Assembly (NCBI RefSeq): GCF_006345805.1
Contig: NC_043010.1
Coordinates: 51,770,001-51,834,000, forward strand
Reading direction: 5' to 3'
Source of the DNA: Octopus sinensis
Taxonomy: Eukaryota
Length of the DNA stretch: 64,000 nucleotides
The position numbers were made by a program, and so were the translations under genes. The stretch's first letter is position 1. Every line of letters starts with the position of its first letter. The notes below the pieces were generated by a model. The model was not told the origin of the DNA. It searched no databases and saw only the letters and a list, made by a program, of their open reading frames with translations. Shown in pieces: positions 38,138 through 50,631 of the stretch.

Positions 38138-38365
38138 TGAGCTGGCAGAAACGTTAGCACGCCGGGCGAAATGCTTTGTGGTATTTCGCCCGCCGTTACG
38201 TTCTGAGTTCAAATTCCGCCGAGGTCGACTTTGCCTTTTATCCTTTCGGGGTCGATAAATTAAGTACCAGTTACGCACTGGGGTCGATATAATCGACTTA
38301 ATCCGTGTGTCTGTCCTTGTTTGTCCTCTCTGTGTTTAGCCCCTAGTGGGGAGGAAAGAAATAGA
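38138..38365 (+). mobile_element. SINE-B (long tail), near-consensus
   Basis: GAGCTGGCAGAAACGTTAGCACGCCGGGCG..CCGCCGAGGTCGACTTTGCC. Confidence 0.9.
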
Positions 38366-40284
38366 AATATGTATTTCACTCAAAATCACTGCAACCACGA
38401 CCACCACCATTAAACACCGGCACCCTTTCTGTCAAGATCAGCAACTATCAAACATCACTGCTTTTCAGGGATCACCACCACAACCAAACATCACCAACAC
38501 CATCAAAGCATGGCCACACCTTCATCACAACCACTACCACTCGAACTAATGCCGTCGCTGCACCCGGTAGAAATAGCTGTCAAATTTTCCTCGAATCCCA
38601 ATTGCCGTTTTTAAAATAACGAGACTTTAGACAATTCAGTTCAGAGCTCCCTGCACATGGAAAATAGGCGGGATGTCAGAGGTGGAACGCCTTTTATCAG
38701 AGGTCGACAGCGTCACCACCATCAGCGTTATCCCCACCAACACCTCAACAGCACCACCACCATCATCCATCGCCACTACCGCCACCACCACCATTAAAAC
38801 ACAAAACAAAACCGCAACCAAAAACAGAACTTCTATGTGGTCGCTCGACCTGCTAGAAATAGAAACCAAATCTCCCTCCTATCGCACCCAATCACTTAAA
38901 GAAAAGAAAAAAGAGAAGTGTATTCAAGGTATGTCTGAAGGCTTAATACTTTATACAAAGACGGGTTGGGACACCTTTCATCATAGGTTCTGCTCAATCA
39001 GGGCTGACTGACCCGGGGCTAAACAACGACACTCCCAACTCCCCTTTAGCTGTCACCATCACCGCTAAATCCCCCCTCCTACTACAACACTGTGTTACCA
39101 ATCACAACCACGCCCTCAGCACGGCGACCGTCGCCACCATCACCTTCATGTTTTGTTATTGAATCGTAAGTAAAATAGAAATGGATGCGCGAGCGCGTGA
39201 GTACACGCTTGTGCACGTGTCTCTGGAAATTTGCGCGCGTGCTCTATGTGCGCGCACGCGTATGCGTGTGTGTGTGTTTATAGGCGTTCGTGTATGTGCG
39301 CGTGTGTGTATGTGCGTGTATGCGTTTCTGCGCACGAGTGTATATACGTGTGCGTGCGTGCGTGTGGTCACACTAACGTTCATTTGAAATGTGGAAAAAA
39401 AAAGAGGAAGGGTGAAGTGGGAGAGGAGTGAAAGAGAAAGAAAAGAAAAAAATGAGAGGAAGATAAAGAGGCGAAAGGAAGAAGGTAAAGGAAAGCGAAA
39501 GAGAGGGAATGATGGAAGAAGAGGAAGGGGAGGAAGGAAAACAAGGGAAGGAGAAGTATATAAGTGGGAAAGGTGAAGCTAACATGGAGAGAGAAAGAGG
39601 GAGGGAGAGAGAAAGGCGACTTGAAAACATGTCACTGCCACCGTAACCCTTAATTCTGGGCAGACGACAATGAAACTGATGATGAAGATGGTGATGGTGT
39701 GACGCTGGCAGTGGCTTTGATGGTGTTTTGTTACGATTGCTATCGTTTGTTTAATTCCAGGCCAGCCCCTGATCGAAGAAACCTAGAATCAAAGACATTT
39801 CAGCCATGACCAACTCGCCTTTTTTCTTTTTCTTTTTTTTTCACGGATACAGTGTCTCTTGTAATAGCAATAATTGCATTGTCTAATTTAGCTTAACTAA
39901 TTCGCTTTTCGTTTGACACTTAGCAATTTCGCTTTTTCACAACTTCCATTTTTTTTCTCTCTCCACAATTTTTTTCCCTTTACGTCCACAGCCGGTAACA
40001 TAGCCTCCCGGCGTGCTACGAATAGCCGTCAAATCTCCCTCAAGCGCCACTATTCCACATCTGCCAATCCACAAACATTTATAATAGAGATAGAGACAAA
40101 TCACCGAAATAGCTTTTAAACGTTTACTCGAAAAACTGAAATGAATAAAGAGTGATGATAGGATGAGTGATAATATAATTTACATTGGTTTTATTACATA
40201 TACATTCGCTAAAAGCAATTTATTTCATGTATGCATAAGCACAATGCATGATAATCGAACCCCAGAAACAGCTGTAAACGATTA

Positions 40285-41002
40285 CCGTAAATCCTCGGGT
40301 ATAATCCGCATTTTATTCCCAAAAATTTAAAGGTCAAAATCCCTAGTGCGTGCTATATACGAGGTTAAAAATGAAAATTATTTTCTAAGCAATGTCCGAG
40401 TCTCTATTTGCTGTCCGGCAATGTTTATTCAGACGCATTTTGTGATGTCGGGTGCGAAAATACCTTCAGCTAAGCCTGAAAGCAATGAAGTCATAAAAGA
40501 ATCATCCATAACTTGCAGTAAGCAACATTTACTAAACGTTATTACTGTTATTTCTTTATTTTCTGCAAACGAAATGCACAAAAAAGCTACACGTTTGCAT
40601 TATGTTATATGTACAATAACAATAAAGGACGTTACCGTATACCAGTGCTTTTCAAACTTTTTGCTGGAGCGGAACCTCAAGGAAACATTCCACTGGCTCG
40701 AGGAACCCCGGTGCAATAATTTAATAGTCTTATGCACACATATCTGCACAGGAGACTTTAAAATTACTGCCGATTTTAGCAGTTTTGTAACTTCTTGCGG
40801 AACCCCAAGGTTCCGAGGAACCCTGGTTGAAAACTACTGCCGTATACAGTTTTACAAACCAAGGACTTTATATAGACCTCCTTGACTCAAGTTAGAGAAG
40901 GGGTGCGTATTATACACAAGGTTTAGGTTTTTCAAAGGTACAGCACCCTAAAAATCCCTTGCGTATTATACTCAAGAGCGGACTATACTCGAGGATTTAC
41001 GG
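40285..41002. mobile_element. Tc2/pogo-like (Kanga-type) MITE hosting a nested hAT MITE
   Basis: TA|CCGTAAATCCTCGGGTATAATCCGC ... GCGGACTATACTCGAGGATTTACGG|TA. Confidence 0.85.
40643..40839. mobile_element. hAT (Charlie-like) MITE
   Basis: CAGTGCTTTTCAAAC ... GGTTGAAAACTACTG; exact 8-bp TSD CCGTATAC. Confidence 0.9.
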
Positions 41003-41124
41003 TACCTGTATTCTTCTCTCTCTTTTTAGTGAAGTTAGAGTATGAACTCGTCGAGTGTCTATCAATGAAGAACTACTACGAAGAATTACTGGATACTCCC
41101 TTTATCTGTGATATGCTTCTACTA

Positions 41125-41335
41125 TTTGCTTGCTTCGTGCTCTTGCTTGATGGGACAGGGATCATCCCAGATTACCGATCCCGTGCATACAGTCGATTAG
41201 GTCCACCAGTGTTCTCCATCGCTGCCAGTCCCGTGCCAGCCCCTCTGCATCCTCCATAGTGATATTGAGCTTTTCCAATCACTTCCAGCCACCTGCCGCA
41301 TGGTCTCTTCCAGCCCGCAGTTTCTGCGTCGAATG
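41125..41335 (-). mobile_element. RTE-clade LINE 3' end fragment
   Basis: GWKRPCGRWLEVIGK/LNITMEDAEGLARDWQRWRTLVD..* followed by a (CAAG)n-like tail. Confidence 0.65.
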
Positions 41336-42265
41336 AGAGTAAAGCGCTGTGATATTGAAGTAGGAATTTTCCAGATGTATACCTATCAATGAAGAATTAC
41401 TAGGAGCCTCCTATCTGTGATATTAGAGAACGGACTTGCCAGAAATCTACAATATCCATGAAGAACTACAATGCCTTTCGTTTTCCTGATTTTTTTTGCT
41501 TAGTTATATTTACACCCACCTTTGTATAACTATTTTATAAACGCTTTGATGCTCCGTTAATAACCTTGTGTCCATCTTTTATTTTAATTATACTTTCATT
41601 TGCTCGACCGGTACATTGTCAAGAGCGGGCCTGGCCAACTCGAATTACATTGCGAATTACATTAAATACTTACTATACAAGATAAATTTTTGATTTACTG
41701 GTATTCTCTCCGTTTCTCGATATGGCAGAACAATCGCTTGGTGTCAGCTGAACACGAAATGAGAAGATTAATCTCGAGAATCAAGAGATCCAGGATTCTT
41801 CAACAACTGACGTCATTAAAAAACAAAGCAGTTGAAATGTCTGAAGAAGACAAAAAGACAGTGGTACAAACATGGTCCAGCATCAATAGGCGTCATCAGC
41901 ACAGCCGTTGTTTCACCTTGTCTTAATAGCAGAACGAAATACTCTGATATATACAAAAAAAAAAATGAGTGGAAAACATTTATAGCCTAGGTGATTTACT
42001 AGGTTGAAACAAAAACTAATCGAGGGGAACAACTCAGAATATATATCTTTTACTTGTTTCGGTTATTGGACTGCGGCCATGTTGGGGCAACACCTTGAAA
42101 GGTTTATATGTGTGTATGTATTATAAATATATACATACATACATACATACATACATACATACATACATACATACATAATATGGGTCTGTATGAGTTGTTA
42201 TTCCGAATTTCTTGTTCCTGATCGTCAGTCGGCTGAAAGTCCCAACACACACGTACACACACACA

Positions 42266-42306
<41 letters not shown>

Positions 42307-42726
42307 GTTAAATAAATATTAATCCATTCTATCGCTAATATTTCCGCATTCTATAGAAATAACCCCACTCCTAACAAGGATTGGGATATTAGTAGAGAAA
42401 GCGGAAATATTTTAGAATTTTTTAATGTTTTTGTTAGTAGTACAGCTGTATCTAATTGCGAGATCAGACTGACAAAAACACACTGGTCTGGTCAACAAAC
42501 AGATAATCAACAAGACTAACGGACTGAGTTGAACAATAAATAAATAGATAAATAAATATAACGGAACATATATGCGGCCGTTTGACTGGTCAGAAATAGC
42601 AACCATATTTCTTCTTAATTCCCATTGCACTAGTATTTGGTATTTATGATTGCCAAGAAGCGAGAGATGTTCCTACCGTTCTGCCGAGAGAAGGTGCCAT
42701 GAGATGACTGGTAGTGTTTTTCAACA

Positions 42727-43153
42727 TCCAAGCCGAACCAATTCTACTATATGGCTCAGAAACCTGGACGTTATCAAAGAAGCTTGAGAGGCGGTTGGAT
42801 GGAACCTACACTCGCCTCCTTATGGGAGCTCAAAATCTCTCGTGGAAGCGTCATCCAACCAAAATGCAAATATATGGGAAACTACCACCTGTGTCATCTC
42901 TTGTGAAAGGTAGGAGAGTCCAGTTTGCTGGACATTGTTGTAGAGCTGAAAACGAGGCAATTTCTACTCTTCTCCTCTGGAAGCCATCTACTCGCAATAC
43001 CAGAGGGCGCACACTCTCCTACCCTGATGTAATCTCCAGGGATACAGGCATCCAGCAACAGGACCTCCGTAATGCTACGATGGACCGTGAAGTCTGGCGT
43101 AGCATGGTAAATTCCATTGTCTCGACCACGGTCGAACAATGATGATGATGATG
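42727..43153 (+). mobile_element. 5'-truncated RTE-clade LINE with open C-terminal ORF and (GAT)n tail
   Basis: EPILLYGSETWTL..RRLDGTYTRLL..RRVQFAGHC..DREVWR (ORF 42714..43142), then TGATGATGATGATG. Confidence 0.92.
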
Positions 43154-43329
43154 TTGCCTGAAGTGAGAAAGGTTCTTCACAGCAAATTGGCAGTGAATAC
43201 GGTCTTTGTATAGGTCATATATATCGCGAAAATATTTGGGCTAATCTAAATTTCTGTCTATTGGTGACACTGCTTTCACGCATGCGTTACCAGATCTTAT
43301 AATCTTTATCTGTTATCGTTAACTTCTTT

Positions 43330-43675
43330 CAAACAATGGACTGTGGTCATGTTGGAACACCGCTTTGAAATTTTTTTCTTTTTTTTTTTATCAAACGAAT
43401 CAAACCATATTTTTTTTTTAAGCGTTCACTTTTCTATCGGTCAATTTTTTTCGAACTGCTATATCATGGGGACGTAAACAAACCAACACCAGTTATCAAC
43501 CAGCTGTAGGGAACACACACACACAACGATCTTCTCCCAAATTCACTCCCAAGGCTTAGTTCGGCCGGGGTTAAGGTAGAGGACACCTGTCTAAGGTGCA
43601 ACGCAATGGGACTAAACCCGGAACCATGAAGTTAGGAAACAAACTTCCTTGCTACAAAGCCATGCCTGCGCCTAT
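43330..43675 (-). mobile_element. SINE family A, diverged
   Basis: Reverse complement of tail and head. Confidence 0.75.
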
Positions 43676-43689
43676 GAAGAGGTCTTTTC

Positions 43690-45470
43690 ATCCAGGCCAT
43701 GGTCGTCACTTTCACACCTTTCAGCAAATTTATGAGAGAACAGGGTTTTCGTCTCCTTAAAGAAGTTGCTGAAGGATTGGATGGAAATTAAGAATCCTGA
43801 TCTCGGTACTCCCTATTCTGACCATCACGCTATTCTTTTCGTCATAGCCGGAAAGAAATCTATTCTTCACTGACAAAGGAATGTAGTGAGGAGATGACCA
43901 CGATGGACTTGGTCAGCAGCTGGTACTGTCTGTCACGTGACAACTGCTCCATAGAACTCTACAAGTCCAACAATTTTCTAACAACTAATTGGTGTGTGAA
44001 ATACAATTTGGTCGCTCTCTGTGCGTCGTCACCCGTGAACGATGATGACTAAGTAACGTGGATCATTCTTTTACTAATTGTTTTAGATGCCTGCATAGCC
44101 GTAAGCAGACAAAACTCTCTCGACTCTCACACCTTTTGAATCAGCGGCACATTAAGGATGTGACAGTTGGGGAGAAAGAGAGAGGGGGGCGGAGAGAGAG
44201 TTGCACTGTCACTCGACCGGTACTAATTATCTAATTAACTAAATTTCAGCTGAGTAGGTTGGAGAAGTATGAAATGAAGCACCTGGCTCAAGGATTCAAC
44301 GCGCTACCTGGTCAGGAATTGAACTCACGACATCATAATCGTGAGCCGAACACCCAAGCTACTACGTCACCCTCCTTCTCAACGATACGACTATACCTGA
44401 AGGTTTCATTCTGAACGAACAATGTCCACCGATGGCGTTGCTAAACCAAGGTCTTTCCGAAATTGTCCACAATCCACGAACTGTAAATATTCCGGAAGAA
44501 ACTGCTTAGTTAATCTTCAACGACACCTACAGTATCCTCCTGGAATATCGTTGCTTATGCTTATCACTAACCTCTGCAGACTGCAAGAGTTGACGGTCAC
44601 TGTCCTAATTATCCGATCGGCAGAAAACTGTGAACACCTGGTAACTCTCCAAGTTTCAGACACCTAATCTTAACTTACGATTGACTAAGGGATGTATTTC
44701 CATCAGAGATTATCAGCCAAAAGATGAACCTAACAAAAGTGGCGCCTGTCATCCGATTAGGTTTTATGCAAATATCGCTGTCTCAACGCGTTCTTGTGCA
44801 TCATTAACCACAGTATCCCAATTCTGCGATACACAGAGTGTATTGGTAACAAATGGACTGTCTGACCTGCAAAAGAACAGACGATCAATCTGGTGAAATA
44901 CGGTTTGAGGTAAGGTATGATAACATTTTAGCGGTGAGGTATGCATTCGCCTTCTTATGTTCGCTCTTTCAGAAATAGCTCTCGTTCTCTTTCTGGGTGA
45001 AACAGACCACTCTATTCGTAATTTGACTCTAGTTTCTATCCACCAGGAGGTCTGGACCGAACCAGATCTCAACTACATTAATAGGACTCTTGGTCCAGCA
45101 ACAGCCGGTGGCCAGTATGGATTTGCTTCTCCAGGAACCGAGTTGCAATCTTACTGCCTTGTTCTAGTTAGATTGTGCTCTTGTTATCACTTTATGGTGA
45201 TAATCATCTCGATTTCTGAGATGTCTGAGAGTATGATGGTGAGGTCGTTCGCGTATGTATCTGTCTTCGAGTGGAATGTCCCGTAACATATTTAAGTTCT
45301 GCAACAGTGATTCATGAGACAAGGTACAGGGGTGAGTGAACTGAAACGGTTCTGACAGGAGACTTTTTAGTCGGACCACCGAGCATACTCCATTTGTATA
45401 GCGGATAGACACAGCCTCTGAAAATGGAATCGGATCCGGCTGTATTTAGGATAGCTGCCAGGTAACGGTG
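43690..45470 (-). mobile_element. Decayed L1/Tx1-clade LINE (RT and C-terminal region), interrupted by a SINE at ~44150-44375
   Basis: Pieces IRY..VCSVVRLKSLLSEPF, SPLYLV, YAND (YADD-like, 45255-45244), LQLGSWRSKS, WFGPDL, ANAYL, VRQSIC, MHKNALRQRYL and C-terminal MEQLSR..SIV, SFSNFFK. Confidence 0.8.
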
Positions 45471-45474
45471 GACC

Positions 45475-45708
45475 TATTTCTTTACTACCCACAAGGGGCC
45501 AAACATAGAGAGGACAAACAAGGACAGACATAGGTATTAAGTCGATTACATCGACCCCCAGTGCGTAACTGGTACTTAATTTATCGACCCCGAAAGGATG
45601 AAAGGCAAAGTCGACCTCGGCGGAATTTGAACCCAGAACGTAACGGCAGACGAAATACCGCTAAGCATTTCGCCCGACGTGCTAACGTTTCTGCCAACTC
45701 GCTGCCTT
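45475..45708 (-). mobile_element. SINE-B (long tail), near-consensus
   Basis: Full core; truncates the L1/Tx1 fragment. Confidence 0.9.
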
Positions 45709-45740
45709 ACCCTGTTCGAAGGCTTTAAATCGATCTAAAT

Positions 45741-45984
45741 CAGTGGTCCTCAACCGGAGTCCATATGGACCTTGGAGGTCCACGTAAGATTTGGTTGTTA
45801 TAATTTTATATCCAATTACTTTTACAATACACAAAATATTTTAACTATTTTTTAATATTCATAATAATATTTAATTATAAAACTATAATGGAACTTTTCT
45901 AAACATCAAATGAATATGAGGATCCATCTAAGTAAAATAGGAATTAAAGGGGGTCCATAGGCATAAAATGGTTGAGAACCACTG
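45741..45984. mobile_element. hAT (Charlie-like) MITE
   Basis: CAGTGGTCCTCAACC ... GGTTGAGAACCACTG; exact 8-bp TSD ATCTAAAT. Confidence 0.92.
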
Positions 45985-46768
45985 ATCTAAATTAATCAGA
46001 GCTCCACCAAAGCCAGACTTATTACCAACCTTCTCCACGATGTATCACATAGTGTGACGTGTTGTGAATAGATCAACCGACAATCATACGCGTATTGTAC
46101 GATACCAACGACAAATGCCAGCTTCTTTGCAGGGACATTTGGCCATTATCTATAACTCCCTTTCAACAGAGTTACAGGCCTGAAATTATCAATGATGTTT
46201 CCCATGTTTACGTTTTTTTTTTGGGGGGGGGGGGGGTTCGGCAGCCCTTCCATACTCAGGCTACATAATAACTGGGAATGCTCCTAGACTGCTGCTAACT
46301 GCAACAGATGCCTGTCAAGATCGTAATGAACAAAGATGACATGCAGAGATAAAGCTTGTAGGATAAATCATTCAAATCCTGCAAACCATTGACCTCTTAA
46401 TAATTGCTTCTAATACAGGTAGAAAGACAGGAGTTTGTAGGGAGCAGGTTAGGCGATCACATCGATCGTAGTATTTGACTGGTACTCCATTTGATTGATC
46501 CTGAAAGGAGGAAAAGCAAGCTTGACCTCAGCGAGATTTGGACTCAGTTAGTAAAGAAGTGTATTTAAATACTGCAATACATTTTGTTCGACGCTCTGAT
46601 GATACGATCAAACGAAGATTCGTTAATTTGCCAAAAGGCTTAACAACGACAATGAAGTAAAAACAAATTATGGAGGTGTGGAGATTACACTGAACGTGGA
46701 GAATAATACATAAATACAAATGTGTGTGTGTGTGTGTGGTGTGTGTGTGTGTATGTGTGTGTGTGTGT

Positions 46769-47195
46769 GGAGGTGCAATGGCCCAGTGGTTAGGGCAGCA
46801 GACTCGCGGTTGTAGGATCGCGGTTTCGATTCCCAGACCGGGCGTTGTGAGTGTTTATTGAGCGAAAATAGCTAAAGCTCTACGAGGCTCCGGCAGCGGG
46901 TGATGGCGATCCCTGCTGTACTCTTTCGCCACAACATTCTCTCACTCTTACTTCTGTTGGCTTGCTCGCTTAGCCAGTGGGGTGGCGTCATCTGAAGGCT
47001 AAAACAATGCAAAGCGCATTGTGACCAGCGATGTGTAGCAACATCTGATAGCCTGGTCGGTCACGTTTGCCTTTCATCCTTTCGGGGTCGATAAATTAAG
47101 TACCAGTTACGCACTGGGGTCGATGTAATCGACTTAATCCGTGTGTCTGTCCTTGTTTGTCCCCTCTGTGTTTAGCCCCTTGTGGGTAATAAAGA
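46769..47195 (+). mobile_element. SINE type C (46769-47065) fused to a 5'-truncated SINE-B (47066-47195)
   Basis: tRNA-like head GGAGGTGCAATGGCCCAGTGGTTAG..GTTTCGATTCCC; junction GGTCACG|TTTGCCTTTCATCC. Confidence 0.87.
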
Positions 47196-47920
47196 AACAT
47201 ATATATATATATATATTTCTCTCACTTATGTCCTCTATCCTATACAAATACATCCCCCCCACCTTTCCCTTCCCCGTCTCAAATCTCTATCTCTTTTTTC
47301 TCATAGACTCTCCTATGCAAATAAATTTATCTCGCCTCTTTATCTCTCTTTCACACACATACACACACACACCTCTTTCTCTCCCCCTCTCTCTCCGCTT
47401 CGTACTCATCTTTCTCATTATTTCCCAAAGCCACACCCATCCTTTCTCTTAAACGCTGCAAATACATTCACCTTCTCTCCCACTCCTTCCACTTAATAAT
47501 ACCACCTTTCTTGAGACCACCACCTCCCTCAACCCTCATTCTGTCTCGTTCATTCATTTTCTTTACTGCCTCCCCACCCTCTCTCTCTCTCTCTCTCTCT
47601 CTCATACACACAAATCAATCAAGCTTATGTTAAGTAGGAGTAAGTGGTTAAAAAGTCTAGTTTATGATACAAAACAGTGAGAGAGAGAGAGAGAGAGATG
47701 GAGGGGGAGGGAGGGAGGGAGAGAGAGAGAGAGTTAGAAAAATAGTGAGAAACAGAAAGACAGGCAGAGGCATGCATATTTTATCTTTTATCCTTTACTT
47801 GTTTCAGTCATTGGACTGCGGCCATGCTGGGGCGCCACCTTCAAGGGTTTTAGTCGAACAAATCGACCCCAGTACTTCATTTATTTGTTATTTATTTATT
47901 TATTTATTTATTTATTCTTT

Positions 47921-48208
47921 TACTCTTTTACTTGTTTCAGTCATTTGACTGTGGCCATGCTGGAGCACTGCCTTTAGTTGAGCAAATGGACCCCAGGACT
48001 CATTCTTTGTAAGTCTGGTACTTAGTCTATCGGTCTCTCTTACCGAACCGCTAAGTTACGTCCCCGTAACTTAGCGGTTCGGCAAGAGAGACCGATAGAA
48101 TAAGTACTAGGCTTACAAAGAATAAGTCCTGGGATCGATTTGCTCAACTAAAGGCAGTGCTCCAGCGTGGCCACAGTCAAATGACTGAAACAAGTAAGAG
48201 TAAGAGTA
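47921..48208. repeat. Fold-back inverted repeat of a SINE-A tail (~140-bp arms, 4-nt loop)
   Basis: Left arm ends 48060, loop TCCC, right arm starts 48065; 8 mismatches in ~133 bp by hand count. Confidence 0.93.
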
Positions 48209-49424
48209 TATATATATAATAATACAAACAATATATAAATAGATGCATATAAGGTATCTTCGGCCTGACGAGCATCTAGTAGAGAACCCCTTGTTGAGTA
48301 ATTATTAATTCCGAGGTTCTGCTAGTTAGGAAAGATATGTAACCGGGATTTTACCTGCTTTACTCCTCCGATTTGGATTTGTATTCGCATTCATAGCAAC
48401 CCTAGTTGCTAACAGTGAACAACAAAACAACTTTTCTTCAGTTTATCGAACTTCGATATGGGAAAAACCTAAAACCTGCTACGCCAATAAACTATTATTG
48501 TTCCTGAAAGTTGTTTATTATACCCTCTATAGACTGCTGGAAGCTGACTAACTTCCTACACTTTGATCCCTGGATGTGTACGTGTATAATGTACATATAT
48601 GTATTAAGTAGGTAGGTAGGTAGGTATTTCATCAGTTAAACATTAACTTGAAAGACAATTCGATACCTTTTAGCAGAATGCAATATCTATTTCGTATTTA
48701 CAAGGAAAAGCTTGACTTCGAAGTTTCAGCTTACTAGTTTGATGAAACATTGTAAACTGAAACTTTAAAATCACTAATCTTGTCAGTGTTTGTGTGAGTG
48801 TGTATGTAAATTAGTGTAAGATATGGATTCAGGGAATCATGCGGCTATCACAGTAAGCTCTTCGTACGGACTCGGCTATCAGCTACATAATAATCAATTA
48901 CAAAATAGTGTAATGTAAAGTGTCCATCTAACTGAAAATCCGAGTGATAAAATCATTCTGAGAGGAGTATATAAAAACAAAAAATTCAGGTAGTACGAGA
49001 GGTGATTAAAGATTTATTTAACCACGTGACTTCCATATGACTACGGTTGTTTCACAACTGTCTTCATGTACCACTATAGCATTTCCCCTTGTCTCCTGGA
49101 AGTATTATGATGGAATTGTCACTCTGTAGTCTTCCGATAGCAAACTTTTCTTCCTTAATGAAGTCGTACATGAAAGACTTATATGAATGAATTTGAAATG
49201 GTGAAGACACGCCATATTAAGAAGTTTATGAAACTCAAAGGTCAGAGAACGAAGACTGAAATCCGTCACCCACCTGTGGAAACAGTAATTAATGTCTTTA
49301 TGTAGTTATACTTCCAGTATATAAGAAATTATGCGCCCATGTGCTATATATTATACAATACAATTGTGAACTCACAAATTAATGCAATAAAAGAAAGCCA
49401 GCTCATCAGATCATCATGGATATA

Positions 49425-49843
49425 CTTAATTCTTTATTGCCCACAAGGGGCTAAACATAGAGGGGACAAACAAGGACAGACAAACGGATTAAGTCGACTA
49501 TATCGACCCCAGTGCGTAACCGGTACTCAATTTATCGACCCCGAAAGGATGAAAGGCAAAGTCGACCTCGGCGGAATTTGAACTCAGAACGTAACGGCAG
49601 ACGAAATACCTATTTCTTTACTACCCATAAGGGGCTAAACACAGAAGGGACAAACAAGGACAGACAAACGGATTGAGTCGATTATATCGACCCTAGTGCG
49701 TAACTGGTACTTAATTTATCGACCCCGAAAGGATGAAAGGCAAAGTCGACCTCGGCGGAATTTGAACTCGGAACATAAAGACAGACGAAATACAGCTAAG
49801 CACTTCGTCCGGCGTGCTAACGTTTCTGCCAGCTCGCCGCCTT
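49425..49843 (-). mobile_element. Tandem SINE-B dimer inside a small fold-back element
   Basis: Two cores (49561, 49745); flanking ATCATG[G/T]ATATA duplication; outer inverted arms ~49378-49408 and 49864-49893. Confidence 0.85.
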
Positions 49844-49931
49844 ATCATGTATATATCAATCATTCTAATGAGCTGGCTTTCTTTATTTGCATTACTTTAT
49901 AAATATACAATTTTACTATATTATACCGAGC

Positions 49932-50238
49932 AAGGCGCGTGGCTTAATGGTTAGAGTATTCGGCTCACCATCGTAAGGTCGTGAGTTCAATTCCCGGCGA
50001 TGCATTGTGTCCTTAACAAAGAACTTTTTTTGCACGTTGCTCCAGTCCACTCAGCTGGCAAAAATGAGTAGTACCTGTATTTCAAAGGGCCAGCCTTGTC
50101 ACATTCTATTTCACGCTGAATCTCCCTGAGAACTACTTTAAGGGTACGTGTGTCTGTGGAATGCTCAACCACCTGTACGTTAATTTCACGAGCAGGCTGT
50201 TCCGTTGATCAGATCGTCGTCGTAGCTGACGGAGTGCC
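49932..50238 (+). mobile_element. tRNA-derived SINE, head type D
   Basis: AGGCGCGTGGCTTAATGGTTAGAG..GAGTTCAATTCCC; tail ending GACGGAGTGCC. Confidence 0.85.
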
Positions 50239-50397
50239 AATTATTAATGCAAATACGTACGCATAATTTATTGTATACTGAAATTAGTTCTAAATGAAAA
50301 AGATTAACGAAATAGTATAATCCTATGGAAGTCACGTGGTTAAAAAAAATCTATATTCACCTGAATAGGTCTCTGAATTTATATATGTATATTTACC

Positions 50398-50595
50398 TTT
50401 TACTTGTTTAGTCATTAGACTGCGGCCAAGCTGGGGCACTACCTTGAAGGATTTTTAGTCGAACGAATCGACCGCAGTACTTATTATTTTTTGTAAGACC
50501 TGGTACTTAATCTATCGGTCTCTTTTGCCGAATCGCTAAGTTTCGGGGACGTAAACACACCAACATCAGTTATCAAGTGGTGACGGGAGGGACAA

Positions 50596-50631
<36 letters not shown>

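Noticed and set aside
40346-40885. 179-aa ORF
   Set aside because: Crosses two nested MITEs; chance open frame.
42650-43180. TSD for the RTE insertion (TTGCC..GAAG.GAGA..GTTC on both sides)
   Set aside because: Imperfect and ~50 bp away from the apparent 5' junction.
46769-46845. tRNA gene (also 49932-50000, 7585-7656, 18545-18618)
   Set aside because: A/B boxes are present, but they run into SINE bodies and I could not form a full cloverleaf.
48355-48504. Minus-strand exon between TTTCAG| and |GTAAAA
   Set aside because: Stops in all three frames; could only be non-coding, with no support.
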